From: Eledone cirrhosa
Taxonomy: Eukaryota
Reading direction: 5' to 3'
DNA length: 64,000 bases
NCBI GenBank assembly: GCA_964016885.1
Contig: OZ024750.1
Span: 43,090,001-43,154,000, forward strand
Positions 38,761 through 52,824 of the stretch are shown piece by piece. The notes beneath the pieces are model-generated. The model was not told where the DNA came from. It made no database searches and saw only the letters and a list, made by a program, of their open reading frames with translations. The number at the start of each line of letters is the position of its first letter. Position 1 is the first letter of the stretch. Made by a program: the position numbers and the translations under genes.

Positions 38761-40054
38761 ATATAATATCTGTTTTCAGACAGTTTACCCAAGATCACAT
38801 TATTCAATATATATATTTTTTAAGACGGTAACATGTGATTTTATGGAGACTTGGCTGCTATTTCTAGCTTTATATTTCATCCTTACGGGGTCGATATATA
38901 AAGTACCCGTAATACAATAGGGGTCGATAAATCAACTTTGCACTCCCTGCAAATTGTTGGCTTTGTACCTAATTCAGAAATCATTATCAAGTGCATCTGC
39001 AACATAAATAAAGTGAAACAGGTTCCGACTGAAACTCGAAACCTGATCCCCACCTCCGGATTTACCAGTTTATCTTCAACTCTGCCTCACTACGTGTTTA
39101 TTTACACAGTTATAATTTCTATAAGTTAGAGAAACAAAATGTGACAATGAATGTAAAGTGTTGATGTCGTGACCATTGTTTTTACGTCACCGTTTCTGTA
39201 TAAAAGTATTTATGTCTGTCGATATAATTCCGATTTCAACACTTGAAACTTCTTTCACAAAATATATTACGTTAATCCATTAATAATGATCGCTGTGAAT
39301 ATATATGACAATATATGATCAATATGACAAGATCAAGCAGGAAAGTTAATCCAAGTTAATGGATGCAAAGAAAGGAAGAAAATAGCAGGGATTATCAATG
39401 ATGTCAAAAGATCATATCCCAAATTACAAGTTCTGAAGAGAAACACTTACAGATTATAAATATAAGGAAAAAAAAAAGAGAAAAAAGAAAAAGACAAAAT
39501 ATTCCATGATTAGCAAACATTAAAGAAAGTTACAAAAAAGAAAAAAAGGAAGATTAGTTGGGGTAAAGATTAAAAAAAAATGATTATGATAAATATGTGG
39601 AGAAGCCAGAGGGAGGATTGATAAAGCCGACTGCTTAGTTATGGATTCAGCAGTCTTTTGTGGATAAGAGATAAGTCTCTTATTAGCTAGAATATCGCTC
39701 TATTGCAGCTAATAATAATATTCCCACAAGATTTACTCTGTCTATTTACAATAACTGGCTGAACTAAAATGAAGGACGGATTGTGGTAAAAGAAATGGAC
39801 TTCCGTCCGTTTCGACGATGAGTGCTCCAGTTCTTTGATCCACAGAACAGCCTGCTTGTTGAGATTCGGAGTGACCCAGTCTATAGCAAAGCTGGTCTGG
39901 TCCTTTGAATGACAGACCAGACATAGACTGGAGCAATGGGAAAATAAAGTGTCTTGCTCAAGGATTCAACGTGATAACGGGAATCGAACTCTCGAGCTGA
40001 CGATCGGGAGTCGAACACCCTAATTATTAAACCACGCAGCTTCCCCCCCCCCCC

Positions 40055-40138
<84 letters not shown>

Positions 40139-40511
40139 TAGCCCTATCGGAAAGATGAAATACAAACAAGGTGAGATTTGAAAGTAACACTACTAGTACC
40201 ACAGTATAGTAGTACCACAGTATAGTAGTACTACTAGAACCATAGTATGTTAGTACTACTAATGCCATAGTAAAGTAGAACCATAGTATGGCAGTAGTAC
40301 TAGTGCCTTAGTGTAGTAGAACCATAGTATGGTAGTACTACTAGTGCCATAGTATAGTAGTTCTAATAGAACCATAGTATGGTAATACTACTAGTAGCAT
40401 AGTATAGTAGTACAATAGCATGGTACTGCTATACTAATATTTAGTGATTGATTACACTAGAAATACACCAATCATGTCCCCCAAGGAAGTGATCAGATCT
40501 TCAGAAAACAT

Positions 40512-41292
40512 GATCGATCTAATAACACAACATGTACTGTTACTAGGACATATGATCGATTAACGATCTAATAACACAATATACTCCACTGTTACTAGGA
40601 CATATGATTGATTACCGATCTAATAACACAACATACACTGTTACTAGGACATATGGTCGATTATTGATCTAATAACACAACATATTGTACTGTTACTAGG
40701 ACATGATTGATTATAGATCTAATAATACAACATATTGTACTGTTACTAGGACATATGATCGATGATCGATCTAATAACACAACATACTCCACTGTTACTA
40801 GGACATATGATCGATTATAATCGATCATATGTAATATAATATAATATCTAGTAACAGTAAAATATCTTGTGTTATTAGATCAATAATTATTGATCTAATA
40901 ACACAACATATTTTACTGTTACTAGGACATATGATTCATTATCGATCTAATAACACAACATATTGTACTGTTACTAGGACATATGATCGATTATCGATCT
41001 AATAACACAATATACTCCACTGTAACTAGGAGATATGATCGATTATCGATCTAATAACACAACATATTGTACTGTTACTAGGACATATGATTCATTATCG
41101 ATCTAATAACACAACATATTGTACTGTTACTAGGACATATGATCGATTATCGATCTAATAACACAATATAATCCACTGTAACTAGGAGATATGATCGATT
41201 ATCGATCTAATAACACAACATATTGTACTGTTACTAGGACATATGATTGATGACTAATCTAATAACAACATACTCCACTGTTACTAGGACAT
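40512..41292. repeat. 52-bp minisatellite, about 14 copies, with one inverted unit at about 40820-40885
   Basis: Unit GATCTAATAACACAACATATTGTACTGTTACTAGGACATATGATCGATTATC. Confidence 0.9.
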
Positions 41293-41938
41293 AACTTACT
41301 GGTTAGTTTCCTCACCAAACTTTAGTAAAACTATGTTTGTAGGTTATACTAGTGGACCGTGTCATTAGTAATGGTTTCTGATTTAGGGACAAGGTCAGAA
41401 ATGTATTGGGGGGTTGACTAAATAGACCCCATTGCATTACTGGTACTTTATTTTATCTACTCCGTAAGGATGAAAGGCGAAGCTAACCTCGACAGGATTT
41501 GAACTCAGAACGTAAAGGGACGTAACTATGCTAGAAAGCATGGCGTCTGACTGCTCTACCGATGCCGTGTCATCTATTATGACGGCAATAACGTTGAACG
41601 TATTGCATCTTTTTTGTTAGAATAAGTATATTACTAGCACAATGGCCCGGCGTTGCTCGGGATTTGCTCTAGGGTTCTTATATTTTGATATATATTTATC
41701 CTTATCGAGCCTCGAGAAATAAATACGTTTTTTTATATTTTGTTATTGTGTATGCAAAAATTTCTGTACACGAATATATAATTATATATATATATTAAAA
41801 TAACAAATTAAAGTTTAAGCAAAAAATCGCTGCTTTCACCCTTAACGGGATCTTCTGAAACTAAAAAAATCAATCTGTGAATGCAGAAGTAAATATTTCG
41901 AAAAACATTACACACACTATATATATATATATACACTA

Positions 41939-42001
<63 letters not shown>

Positions 42002-42245
42002 CGTCATAATGTCGTAATGTAGACAGCCATGCATACAGACAGGTATTATAAGGGCGCAACGTTATATCTAAGTATCTATCTATAAAAGAAGACTAAGCAT
42101 TATAGAGAGAGATCGCTAAATCGCCTAATGCGGTCCCTAGGGCATTGAAAATTTGAAATATTTTTTGCTCAAAACACTCACAGGACCATAAGTATTACAT
42201 GTGTAAAGTTTGAAAACATAGACATTCTCTGTTTTAGATATATAG

Positions 42246-42304
<59 letters not shown>

Positions 42305-42382
42305 ACACACACATACACACATACACACACACACACAGACACATACACGCAGACACACACACACATATATAAATAAGGATAT

Positions 42383-42600
42383 ACTAGCAAGTGCTGAAAA
42401 GTTCCTGGCTTTGGGTTAAAGAAAATACAGAAGCATCAGTTAATTATGATTTTATTCACCATATTCCCTTCTCACATTCACACTTATTGCAGCGGTCCTT
42501 CAGGTTTTCTAAGCCCTGTGAAAAGAATTCGGAAAGTTGGGTCTCCAACCAGACCTCTGTAGCAGCGATCAAGCCAGGAAGTTGTCAGTATCCCCTCCTA
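42383..42600. mobile_element. Mariner-type MITE
   Basis: Imperfect TIRs TACTAGCAAGTGCTGAAAAGTTCCTGGCTT / AAGCCAGGAAGTTGTCAGTATCCCCTCCTA with TA ends. Confidence 0.7.
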
Positions 42601-43239
42601 TATAAATGAACTACAAAGCAGTGACAGAATTCATACATAACTTTCCACACCGAATTAATACTTAATTCATCGAAAATAAATTATTGTATCTAAATGTGAA
42701 GTGAATCCATGTTAGAATTTAATTTTGAACATGTTGCAATAAGACTGACCTAGGAAACACATTTTGTGTAGTAGGTTAATGTGTGTATGTTTGTATGTGT
42801 GAATTTTAAAGAGTTAAATATAAATTATCGAGAATCGCATTTCGGCCCACGAAATAACGAAAAACAACCTCCGAGATGTGTGGCAAGTGCTCAATGATTC
42901 AGATGAACCAGAGCTATAACAAACGTTAAAGGCCAAACACACTCAGACGATGGTTAAACAATCATTCGCATAGCCAAAAAAACGATAAAGTAATTCGGGT
43001 CAAACAAATAAAAAATATCTGTGATTGAAAATTTACCCGGACCCCTGGAAGGTTGGTAAAATCCAGCATTTGGGTTTCTGCGGCTCCTAAATCAAATACT
43101 GTCCGCTTACATAAATAATGTTAGGCTTCTGGTAAGGTGATTGAACAAGGAAGCCACTTTCTCAACAGAATTTAGTTCAATGTTAATACAAGGACTGACT
43201 ATTACTGACCCCACGTGGGGATCGGAATATATACATGCA

Positions 43240-43721
43240 GAAGTTATATTTAATTTGTTGGGATTCCAACAACCTTAAAGTTTATAACTGACATAAAGCA
43301 CCTAACAGTTTACTGGAGTAAATATTCAATATATTAATTAATGGAAACTATATTTATAAAACCATAATTATTTTATTATATATATATTTCAAGGACAACC
43401 AAGGCATTCTTGGTGCGCTTTCATCAGATAAAATACAAGATTTGTTTTATAAATATTGACATAACCATGGAAAAAACAACCTTGACTATCCAGTGAACTT
43501 TCAACCGTCAAGGTTGTTTTTTCCACGGTTATGTCAATATTTATGAAAAACAAATCTTGTATTTTATCTGATGAAAGCGCACCAAGATTGCCTTGGTTGT
43601 CCTTGAAATATATATAATAAAATAATTATGGTTTTATAAATATAGTTTCCATTTATTAATATATTGAATATTTACTCCAGTGCATTGTTGAGTGCTTTAT
43701 GTCAGTTATAAACTTTTAAGG
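43240..43721. mobile_element. Fold-back insert with HHRs at 43369-43435(-) and 43560-43624(+)
   Basis: Arms about 43272-43487 / 43506-43720; UAUUUUAU-CUGAUGA-AAGCGCACCAAG...CUUGGUUGUCCUU-GAAAUAUAUAUA^AUAAAAUA. Confidence 0.85.
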
Positions 43722-43726
43722 TATAT

Positions 43727-43759
<33 letters not shown>

Positions 43760-43769
<10 letters not shown>

Positions 43770-44058
43770 TTTTCTTATATATATATATATAAGAAGAGGG
43801 TTGAAGTATAAGGAAAATAAATTGAAAATGCAACTGGAGTCTTTTGAGAATATGTATTTACTTTACCGGTTTCACAGTTCTTATGATTATCAAAAGTAAA
43901 AGTGAGATGGAGGGTTTGTGTTTCTGTTGTGGTTTGTCTCGAGACTGCTTAAGTAAATAAATAAATATTCTTAAAAAGACTCCAGTTGCATTTTCAATTT
44001 CTTTTCCTTATACTTCAACCCTGTTCTTATATATATATATAAGAAAATGAGGGGTTTA
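43760..44058. mobile_element. Fold-back insert in (TA)n, U3-A8 HHR family (HHR 43860-43897, minus strand)
   Basis: Minus strand ACUU-UUGAUAA-stem II-GAAACCGGUA^AAGU; the right arm starts at 43951 with AAGTAAAT. Confidence 0.75.
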
Positions 44059-44160
44059 TATATATATATATAAGGATTAATTGCTCCGAAGACTCCAAAC
44101 CTCGGTTTGGAAGAAACAATTGTAAGCAGATAAATGATTTAAACAGAACTTTGTTTCATG

Positions 44161-44314
<154 letters not shown>

Positions 44315-44529
44315 TGGTTTTCCAAGGTTTTGATATGAAATCGCGTATCAAAACAAATATTGTTATACTTGGGGAGGGTCATATTATTATAATATTGCCA
44401 GAAATAATAACAGAACACAATCACTGTGAGTGTGTTCTGTTATTATTTCTGGCAATATTATAACAATATGACCCAAACCCAACTATAACAATATATATAT
44501 ATACATATGTATATACATATATTATACAC

Positions 44530-44582
<53 letters not shown>

Positions 44583-44583
<1 letters not shown>

Positions 44584-45060
44584 GGTTATGCACGAGTGCA
44601 TTAAGGTTTTCCAGGACACAGTGTTATGTACCGTGTAGGGGAAGGTCAGCTTACAACAGAGTGGTGCTCAACGAAATGCAGAAAATAGGTGTATATTCCA
44701 GTTTAGCTATACTCCGGGGCGTGTATAAAGAATCAAAAAGAACAGAAAGATGCAGTAAAAGAGATTTATTCGGTTCTAACGTACGTTTCAATAGACATCA
44801 ATTTGCCTAGATCTCGCTGTATCTATAATATTATATAGTTAGTAGAGCGTTCGACATCCAATGCATAATCGATTCCATATCATCAGAGATTATAATCTCT
44901 GATGATATGGAATCGATTATGCATTGGATGTCGAATGCTCTACTAACTATATAATATTATAGATGCAGCGAGATCTAGGCAAATTGATGTCTATTGAAAC
45001 GTACGTTAGAACCGAATAAATCTCTTTTACTGCACGCTTTCTGTTCTTTTTGATTCTTTA
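44583..45060. mobile_element. Near-perfect palindrome (centre 44892/44893, arms about 168 bp) containing an HHR core with a ~90-nt stem II region
   Basis: CUGAUGA at 44899 ... GAAAC GUAC GUU^AGAAC at about 44996-45012, mirrored on the minus strand. Confidence 0.7.
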
Positions 45061-45115
45061 TATATATATATATATATATATAGTTAAAAGAATAGAGGTG
45101 TAACACACAAGTTAT

Positions 45116-45509
45116 TATATATTGGTAAACGGAATAGAAAATGCTGACAAATTGTTCACAGTTGAAAAATGGTTTAATTAGGAATAAAAGAGTATTAGTG
45201 ATTGTATGGGTTAGTATTCAGTTGTGGTTTTAAGTTTTTAAGTTTTTACCGGTTGCGCATTTCTAAATGCTTTTCAAAAATAATTTTGAGATAGAGTGTC
45301 CGTGCTGTTTGCTCTGATCAGAGCAAACAGCACGGACACTCTATCTCAAAATTATTTTTGAAAAGCATTTAGAAATGCGCAACCGGTAAAAACTTAAAAA
45401 CTTAAAACCACAACTGAATACTAACCCATACAATCACTAATACTCTTTTATTCCTAATTAAACCATTTTTCAACTGTGAACAATTTGTCAGCATTTTCTA
45501 TTCCGTTTA

Positions 45510-45519
<10 letters not shown>
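45116..45519. mobile_element. Spacerless ~200-bp-arm palindrome (centre 45317/45318) with a U3-A8 HHR-like motif damaged in GAAA
   Basis: UUGAAAA-GCAUUU AG AAAUGC-GCAACCGGUA^AAAA in both arms; no arm mismatches noticed. Confidence 0.75.
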
Positions 45520-45582
<63 letters not shown>

Positions 45583-45748
45583 TTGTTTGTTTGTGTGTGT
45601 GCGTGTGTATGTGTGTGTGTGTGTGTGTGTGTATGTGAGTGTATGTGTATGTTAGGTAATTCCGAAGAAAAAGCAAAGAAAAAGAAGAGTGCTCTATGTA
45701 CAGAACAGAGCTATTTATTTAGAAAGTGAACAACACAAAATATAACTG

Positions 45749-45816
45749 CTCCATTACCAAAGGTTTCTGGATACCAGACAATATTAATATACGTCTGGAT
45801 CGCTCATCAGACAGAA
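45749..45816 (-). ncRNA. Type I HHR in an element whose 3' end abuts (CA)n
   Basis: UUCUGU-CUGAUGA-GCGAUCCAGAC...GUCUGGUAUCCA-GAAACC UUU GGUA^AUGGAG; the 3' end TTCGGAATTACCTAAC(AC)n also occurs at 56637-56706. Confidence 0.7.
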
Positions 45817-46029
45817 ATGTTATCATCAATTGTAAATTGTTTGTCTCTGCCCCTCCGAATTACAGGTACTTATATTTACCAGCTGAGTGGACTGGAGTAA
45901 CGTGAAATAAAGCTTCTTGCTCAAGGACGCAACACGCTGTCTGGTCCGTGGATCGAAATCACGACCTTACGGTTGGAAACTGAACACCCTAACCTTAAGC
46001 CACGTGACTTCACGCCCCTCCTTCTCCTC

Positions 46030-46061
46030 CTCCTCCTACTACTACTACTGCTGCTCTGTTG

Positions 46062-46116
<55 letters not shown>

Positions 46117-46173
46117 CCACACGAACACCATCACTACTACTACCACCACCACCAACACCACTACCATTACCAT

Positions 46174-46251
<78 letters not shown>

Positions 46252-46297
46252 TACCATCACCATCACTACTACTACTACCACCACCACCTACAACACC

Positions 46298-46337
<40 letters not shown>

Positions 46338-46338
46338 T

Positions 46339-46390
<52 letters not shown>

Positions 46391-46494
46391 GCTACTACTA
46401 TCACCACCACCACCACAACCACCACCGCCACCACCACCTCCAACACCACTACCACCACTACCACCACCACCACCGCCACTACTACTACTATTAT

Positions 46495-46536
<42 letters not shown>

Positions 46537-47135
46537 ATGACAATCACTAGTATGTACTAGATATCCATGAAGGACGCTAACCAATCCACGGGGGGAAACT
46601 GATGAGACCTTTAAGAAAAAGTAACAAGATCTATCTGATAAGACAACACAGTACGATACTCTAGTAGAATGATAATTACTAGTGGTTATTGAGAGTACTA
46701 TAGAGATTAGTATAGTGATTATATCATATGTATAGATCACACCATCCCAAAGCTACTTAGGAAACCTTTTGAACTTATCAGTTTAGTTTCTCGTTTCAGG
46801 TCTTTTATAATTAGTCTCCTGCCTCTCCAATGAAGTCACCGCTGTCGTCGTCGTTGTTGTCGTTGTTGGTGTTGCTGTCGGTGTTGTTGTTGTTGTCGTC
46901 GTTGTTGTTGTTGTTGTTGCTGTCGGTGTTGTTGTCGTTGTTGTTGTTGTCGGTGTTGTTGTCGGTGTTGTTGTTGTTGTTGGTGTTGTCGGTGTCGGTG
47001 TTGTTGTTGTTGTTGTTGGTGTTGTTGTCGGTGTTGTTGTTGTCGGTGTTGTTGTTGTTGTTGTCGGTGTCGGTGTTGTTGTAGTGGTGTTGGAGGTGGT
47101 GGTGGCGGTAGTGGTTGTGGTGGTGGTAGTGATAT

Positions 47136-47169
<34 letters not shown>

Positions 47170-47362
47170 GGTGGTGGTGGTGGTGTTGTAGGTGTTGTTG
47201 TTGTTGTTGTTGTTGTTGTCGTTGTCGGTGTTGTTGTTGGTGTTGCTATTGTTGTTGTCGTTGTTGTTGTCGGTGTTGTTGTTGCTGTTGTTGTTATCGT
47301 CGTCGTTGTTGTCGTTGTTGCTGTTGTTGTTGGTGTTGTCGGTGTAGTTGTCGTCGTCGTCG

Positions 47363-47444
<82 letters not shown>

Positions 47445-47445
47445 G
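46030..47445. repeat. (TAC/CAC)n and (GTT/GTC)n trinucleotide tracts
   Basis: Directly visible. Confidence 0.9.
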
Positions 47446-47567
47446 TCGTCCTGCCGTACATGTAATCAATTCGAGAATCTTCTGATTAAATCAATTTAAG
47501 TTAAGAGAGGGCGGAGGGTAGGTTTGTGTTGGTGATGTGGTGGACATTGTCCTGAGATGGACAGTGG

Positions 47568-48312
<745 letters not shown>

Positions 48313-48749
48313 ATAGATAGTTAAATAGATAAAGATAAACAGAGAGATAGCTAGATAGAGAGGGAGAAGGAGAGGGAGAGAGGGAGAGAGGGGGAGAAAG
48401 ATAGATAGACAGACGGTCAGGCAGAAGTAGCCCTTGAAGGAGGGAATATTTGTTGATGGTGGTGTTTGATGTCGGCGGATAAGAGTAAGATATATCTCCA
48501 TTCCTACAACACCAGGAAGGACAACTAATTAACTAGGAAACAACGGAGTCTGTAGGTGGTCGACAGATCTGCTAGAAATGGCAGCGAAATCTCTCTCATT
48601 TCACACTCTATTGTCTTAATTAAGGGAAAGATGTATTTGATAATGTAATCGTAGATAAGAAGATGGTACGATCGCAGCTGGAACGGAATTCAGCATTGGT
48701 CAGTTTGTTTAGGTTTACCCTACGGCTAAACAACAACAACAACGACATC

Positions 48750-48783
<34 letters not shown>

Positions 48784-49045
48784 ATGACAATTAACTATAG
48801 GAAACTTATAACTGGGTCAAATGATAATTGTAGTGGTAGTGGTGGCGGTGGCGGTGGTGATGACCATGGTTAGATGGTGTGAGGTGCTCACACACGCACA
48901 CACATACACACAAACACGCAACACACACAAACACACACACTCTATCTCTCTTTCTCTCTCAGACACGCTTTCTCTCTCTCTCTCACACACGAACACACTC
49001 TCTCCCCCCCTCTCTCTCTCTCTCTCACACAAACACATACACACA

Positions 49046-49103
<58 letters not shown>

Positions 49104-49382
49104 TACACACACACATATATATAATTATAAGTGTGAAGAGAAAATAGATAGAAATTTACCTAATGTTACTTCAATGTCCCGACCGCAGTTTCGCCGAATG
49201 GTGTGCAGCTAAGGTAGAATTATAAAACTGTTCCATCTGATCGTTGCCAGTAAAATTTCCGAAAGGGAAAAATATCATGTGGTTTATGGTGTTCCAGATG
49301 GGTAATAATGGGTGGACTATTGGTGGAGTAACAGAGTTGCTAGAAGTAACAGTCTATTTCAGCCTAATTGTTGTTACTCAAC

Positions 49383-49403
49383 CATGAGGGCGTATAAGAC
49401 AAC

Positions 49404-49434
<31 letters not shown>

Positions 49435-49671
49435 TATGAGGGTGTATAGGAAAATAAACACACACATACACACACACACATGATGGTGTATAGGACAATA
49501 AACACACACACACACACACATGAGGGTGTATAGGACAACAAACGCACACACACACACACACATGAGGGTGTATAGGACAATAAACACACACATACACACA
49601 CACACACACATGAGGGTGTATAGGACAACAAACACACACACACACACACATGAGGGTGTATAGGACAACAA

Positions 49672-49711
<40 letters not shown>

Positions 49712-50070
49712 GAGGGTGTATAGGACAATAAACACACATATACACACGCACACATGAGGGTGTATAGGACAACAAACACACACACACACATGAGGGTGTA
49801 TAGGACAACAAACGCACACACACACACACATATGAGGGTGTATAGGACAATAAACACACACATACACACTCACACATGAGGGTGTATAGGACAACACACA
49901 TACACACACACACACATGAGGGCATATAGGACAACACATACACACACACATACATGAGGGTGTATAGGACAACACACATACACACACACACACACATGAG
50001 GGCGTATAGGACAACACACATACACACACACACACGCACACACACGAGGGCGTGTGGGACAACACACAGA
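49383..50070. repeat. Composite minisatellite: CATGAGGGTGTATAGGACAA(C/T)A + variable (CA)n, about 16 copies
   Basis: Constant ~22-bp block separated by CA runs of variable length. Confidence 0.9.
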
Positions 50071-50099
50071 TACACAGTAGCAAGACTGGAATTGAACGA

Positions 50100-50325
50100 T
50101 CAGCAGAGTTGAAGTATGTCATACATTAATTTATGTATCTTATCTGAAGAGTACAGTACCTCCGAAATATATATAATAAAACATATATTTTGATTATGTG
50201 AACGTCTTCATTTATTAATATTTTGAATAATATTAATAACTCCAGAAAACTTCACTGTTGAGTGCTTCTAATCTATTGTAAAACTATATTAATTGAATAA
50301 TCAATGAACCTTGTTTAACATTTGG

Positions 50326-50366
<41 letters not shown>

Positions 50367-50661
50367 TATATATATATATGTAGAGGTTATATTTAAATTG
50401 TTGGGATATAACCAAAATATTTTTATAACTGATACAAAGCACTCAACAAATTATTGGAGTAAATATACAATATATTGACTATCCAGGAGATTCCAAACAG
50501 AATGGTTGCATTTTTTCAGGGTATGTCAATATTTATTTATAAAACTAACCTATATTATATTTTATCTGATGAAAGCGCACCATAGTTTGCCTTGGTGGCC
50601 CTTGAAATATGTATAATGAAATAAATATGGTTTTATAAATATAGTTTCCATTTGTTAATAT

Positions 50662-50711
<50 letters not shown>

Positions 50712-51075
50712 AATAATATTAATAAATGGAAACTATATTCTACATTTATAAAACCATATTTATTTTATTATATATATTTCAAGGGTACCAAAAACTTTGG
50801 TACGCTCTCATCAGATAAAATACAAAATTATTTGTTTTATAAATAGTGACATACCCCAGAAACCAAACCTTATCGGTTCAGGTTCCGTTTGGAGAGCGTA
50901 CCAAAGTTTTTGGTACCCTTGAAATAGATATAATAGAATAAATATGGTTTTATAAATATAGTTTCCATTCATTAATATCATGGATATTATACTCTAGGTA
51001 ACTTGTTGAGTGCTTCGAATCTGTTATTAATAAATTTGTTGAATTACCAACAAATTAAATATCTCTTTGCTTATG
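50100..51075. mobile_element. Cluster of three HHR-bearing PLE-type fragments in (TA)n (HHRs at about 50136-50182+, 50558-50623+, 50760-50822-)
   Basis: Same UAUUUUAU-CUGANGA...GAAAUAU(A/G)UAUA^AU.AAAUA family as 26989 and 43560; partial inverted arms. Confidence 0.75.
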
Positions 51076-51087
51076 TATATATATATA

Positions 51088-51470
51088 TATTAATAAAAGG
51101 AGTTCCAACTTTGATTTACTCGTTTTATTTACAATCCTTTAAAATTTATAATGGTATTAGAATGAAATAGTATGGTAGAATATTAAATGTTAAGTGTTAA
51201 TTGAACAAGTACTTTCATGCTTTCGCAATCTTCAGGTTCATAATGTGTGGTGACAGTCAAGTTTGCAATTTTCAACAGTTGAAAATTGCAAACTTGACTG
51301 TCACCACACATTATGAACCTGAATTGCGAAAGCATGAAAGTACTTGTTCAATTAACACTTAACATTTAATATTCTACCATACTATTTCATTCTAATACCA
51401 TTATAAATTTTAAAGGATTGTAAATAAAACGAGTAAATCAGACAAAGTTGTAATTCCTCTTATTAATATA
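51088..51470. mobile_element. Palindromic insert (centre 51277) with HHR at 51201-51241(-); plus-strand copy has lost GA from the core
   Basis: GAAC-CUGAAGA-UUGC GAAA GCAU-GAAAGUACUU^GUUC. Confidence 0.8.
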
Positions 51471-51501
51471 ATCTTCTATACACAATCATACACACCCGTG
51501 T

Positions 51502-51588
<87 letters not shown>

Positions 51589-51970
51589 AAATAAGTACTA
51601 GTCAAGTACTGGGGTCGATTTAAACAAATTTTCACCCTTTTCCAATATCCTGGTTGAGCCTATATATATATATATATACATAAAATAAATACCAGTTAAG
51701 TACTGTGTCGATTTAATCGACTTTCCCCCCGCTTTTAAGTTCTATACCAAAAATCCTTATTTCTAGGTGTTTGTTATGTTAAGTTTGCCTAGTCTTTGTT
51801 ATTTCCCTCCTTGGGTTTGTGTGTAGTTCTTTTTCCTAGTTTTCTATTTCACAGTAATGGAGTCGACCAAATATTTCAACTCTTAGTAAACAAACTAGAT
51901 TCAAATAAAAACACAAAACAAACGAAGAAAAATATAAAATGAAAAAAACCCCCCTCCTTATTTATTTAAA

Positions 51971-52043
<73 letters not shown>

Positions 52044-52165
52044 TATATATATGTATATATATATGTATATATATATGTACACATATATATATCTACATAT
52101 ATATGTACATATATACATATATATATGTATATATATATGTACACATATATATATGTACATATATA

Positions 52166-52237
<72 letters not shown>

Positions 52238-52359
52238 TATGTACATATATATATGTACATATATATATATATGTGTACATATATACATATATATGTATAT
52301 ATATATGTGTGTGTACATATATACATATATATGTAAATATATGTACATATATATGTACA

Positions 52360-52390
<31 letters not shown>

Positions 52391-52501
52391 GTGTGTACAT
52401 ATATATATGTATATATATATGTATATATATATATATATATACATATATACATATATACATATATATATGTGTGTGTGTGTACATATATATATGTACATAT
52501 A

Positions 52502-52595
<94 letters not shown>

Positions 52596-52639
52596 CATAT
52601 ATATATGTGTGTACATATACATATATATATATATATATA

Positions 52640-52733
<94 letters not shown>

Positions 52734-52777
52734 TATATACATATATATGTAAATGCTGCAGGTGGGTAATAGAGATG

Positions 52778-52824
<47 letters not shown>

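Noticed and set aside
41632-41680. Helitron-like start ACTAG..CCCGGCGTTGCTCGGG
   Set aside because: Only one terminus seen; the other end could not be identified.
49383-50070. CRISPR-like repeat-spacer appearance (also 55057-55890 and 9841-10571)
   Set aside because: Spacers are (CA)n or absent rather than unique, there are no cas genes, and the context is eukaryotic.
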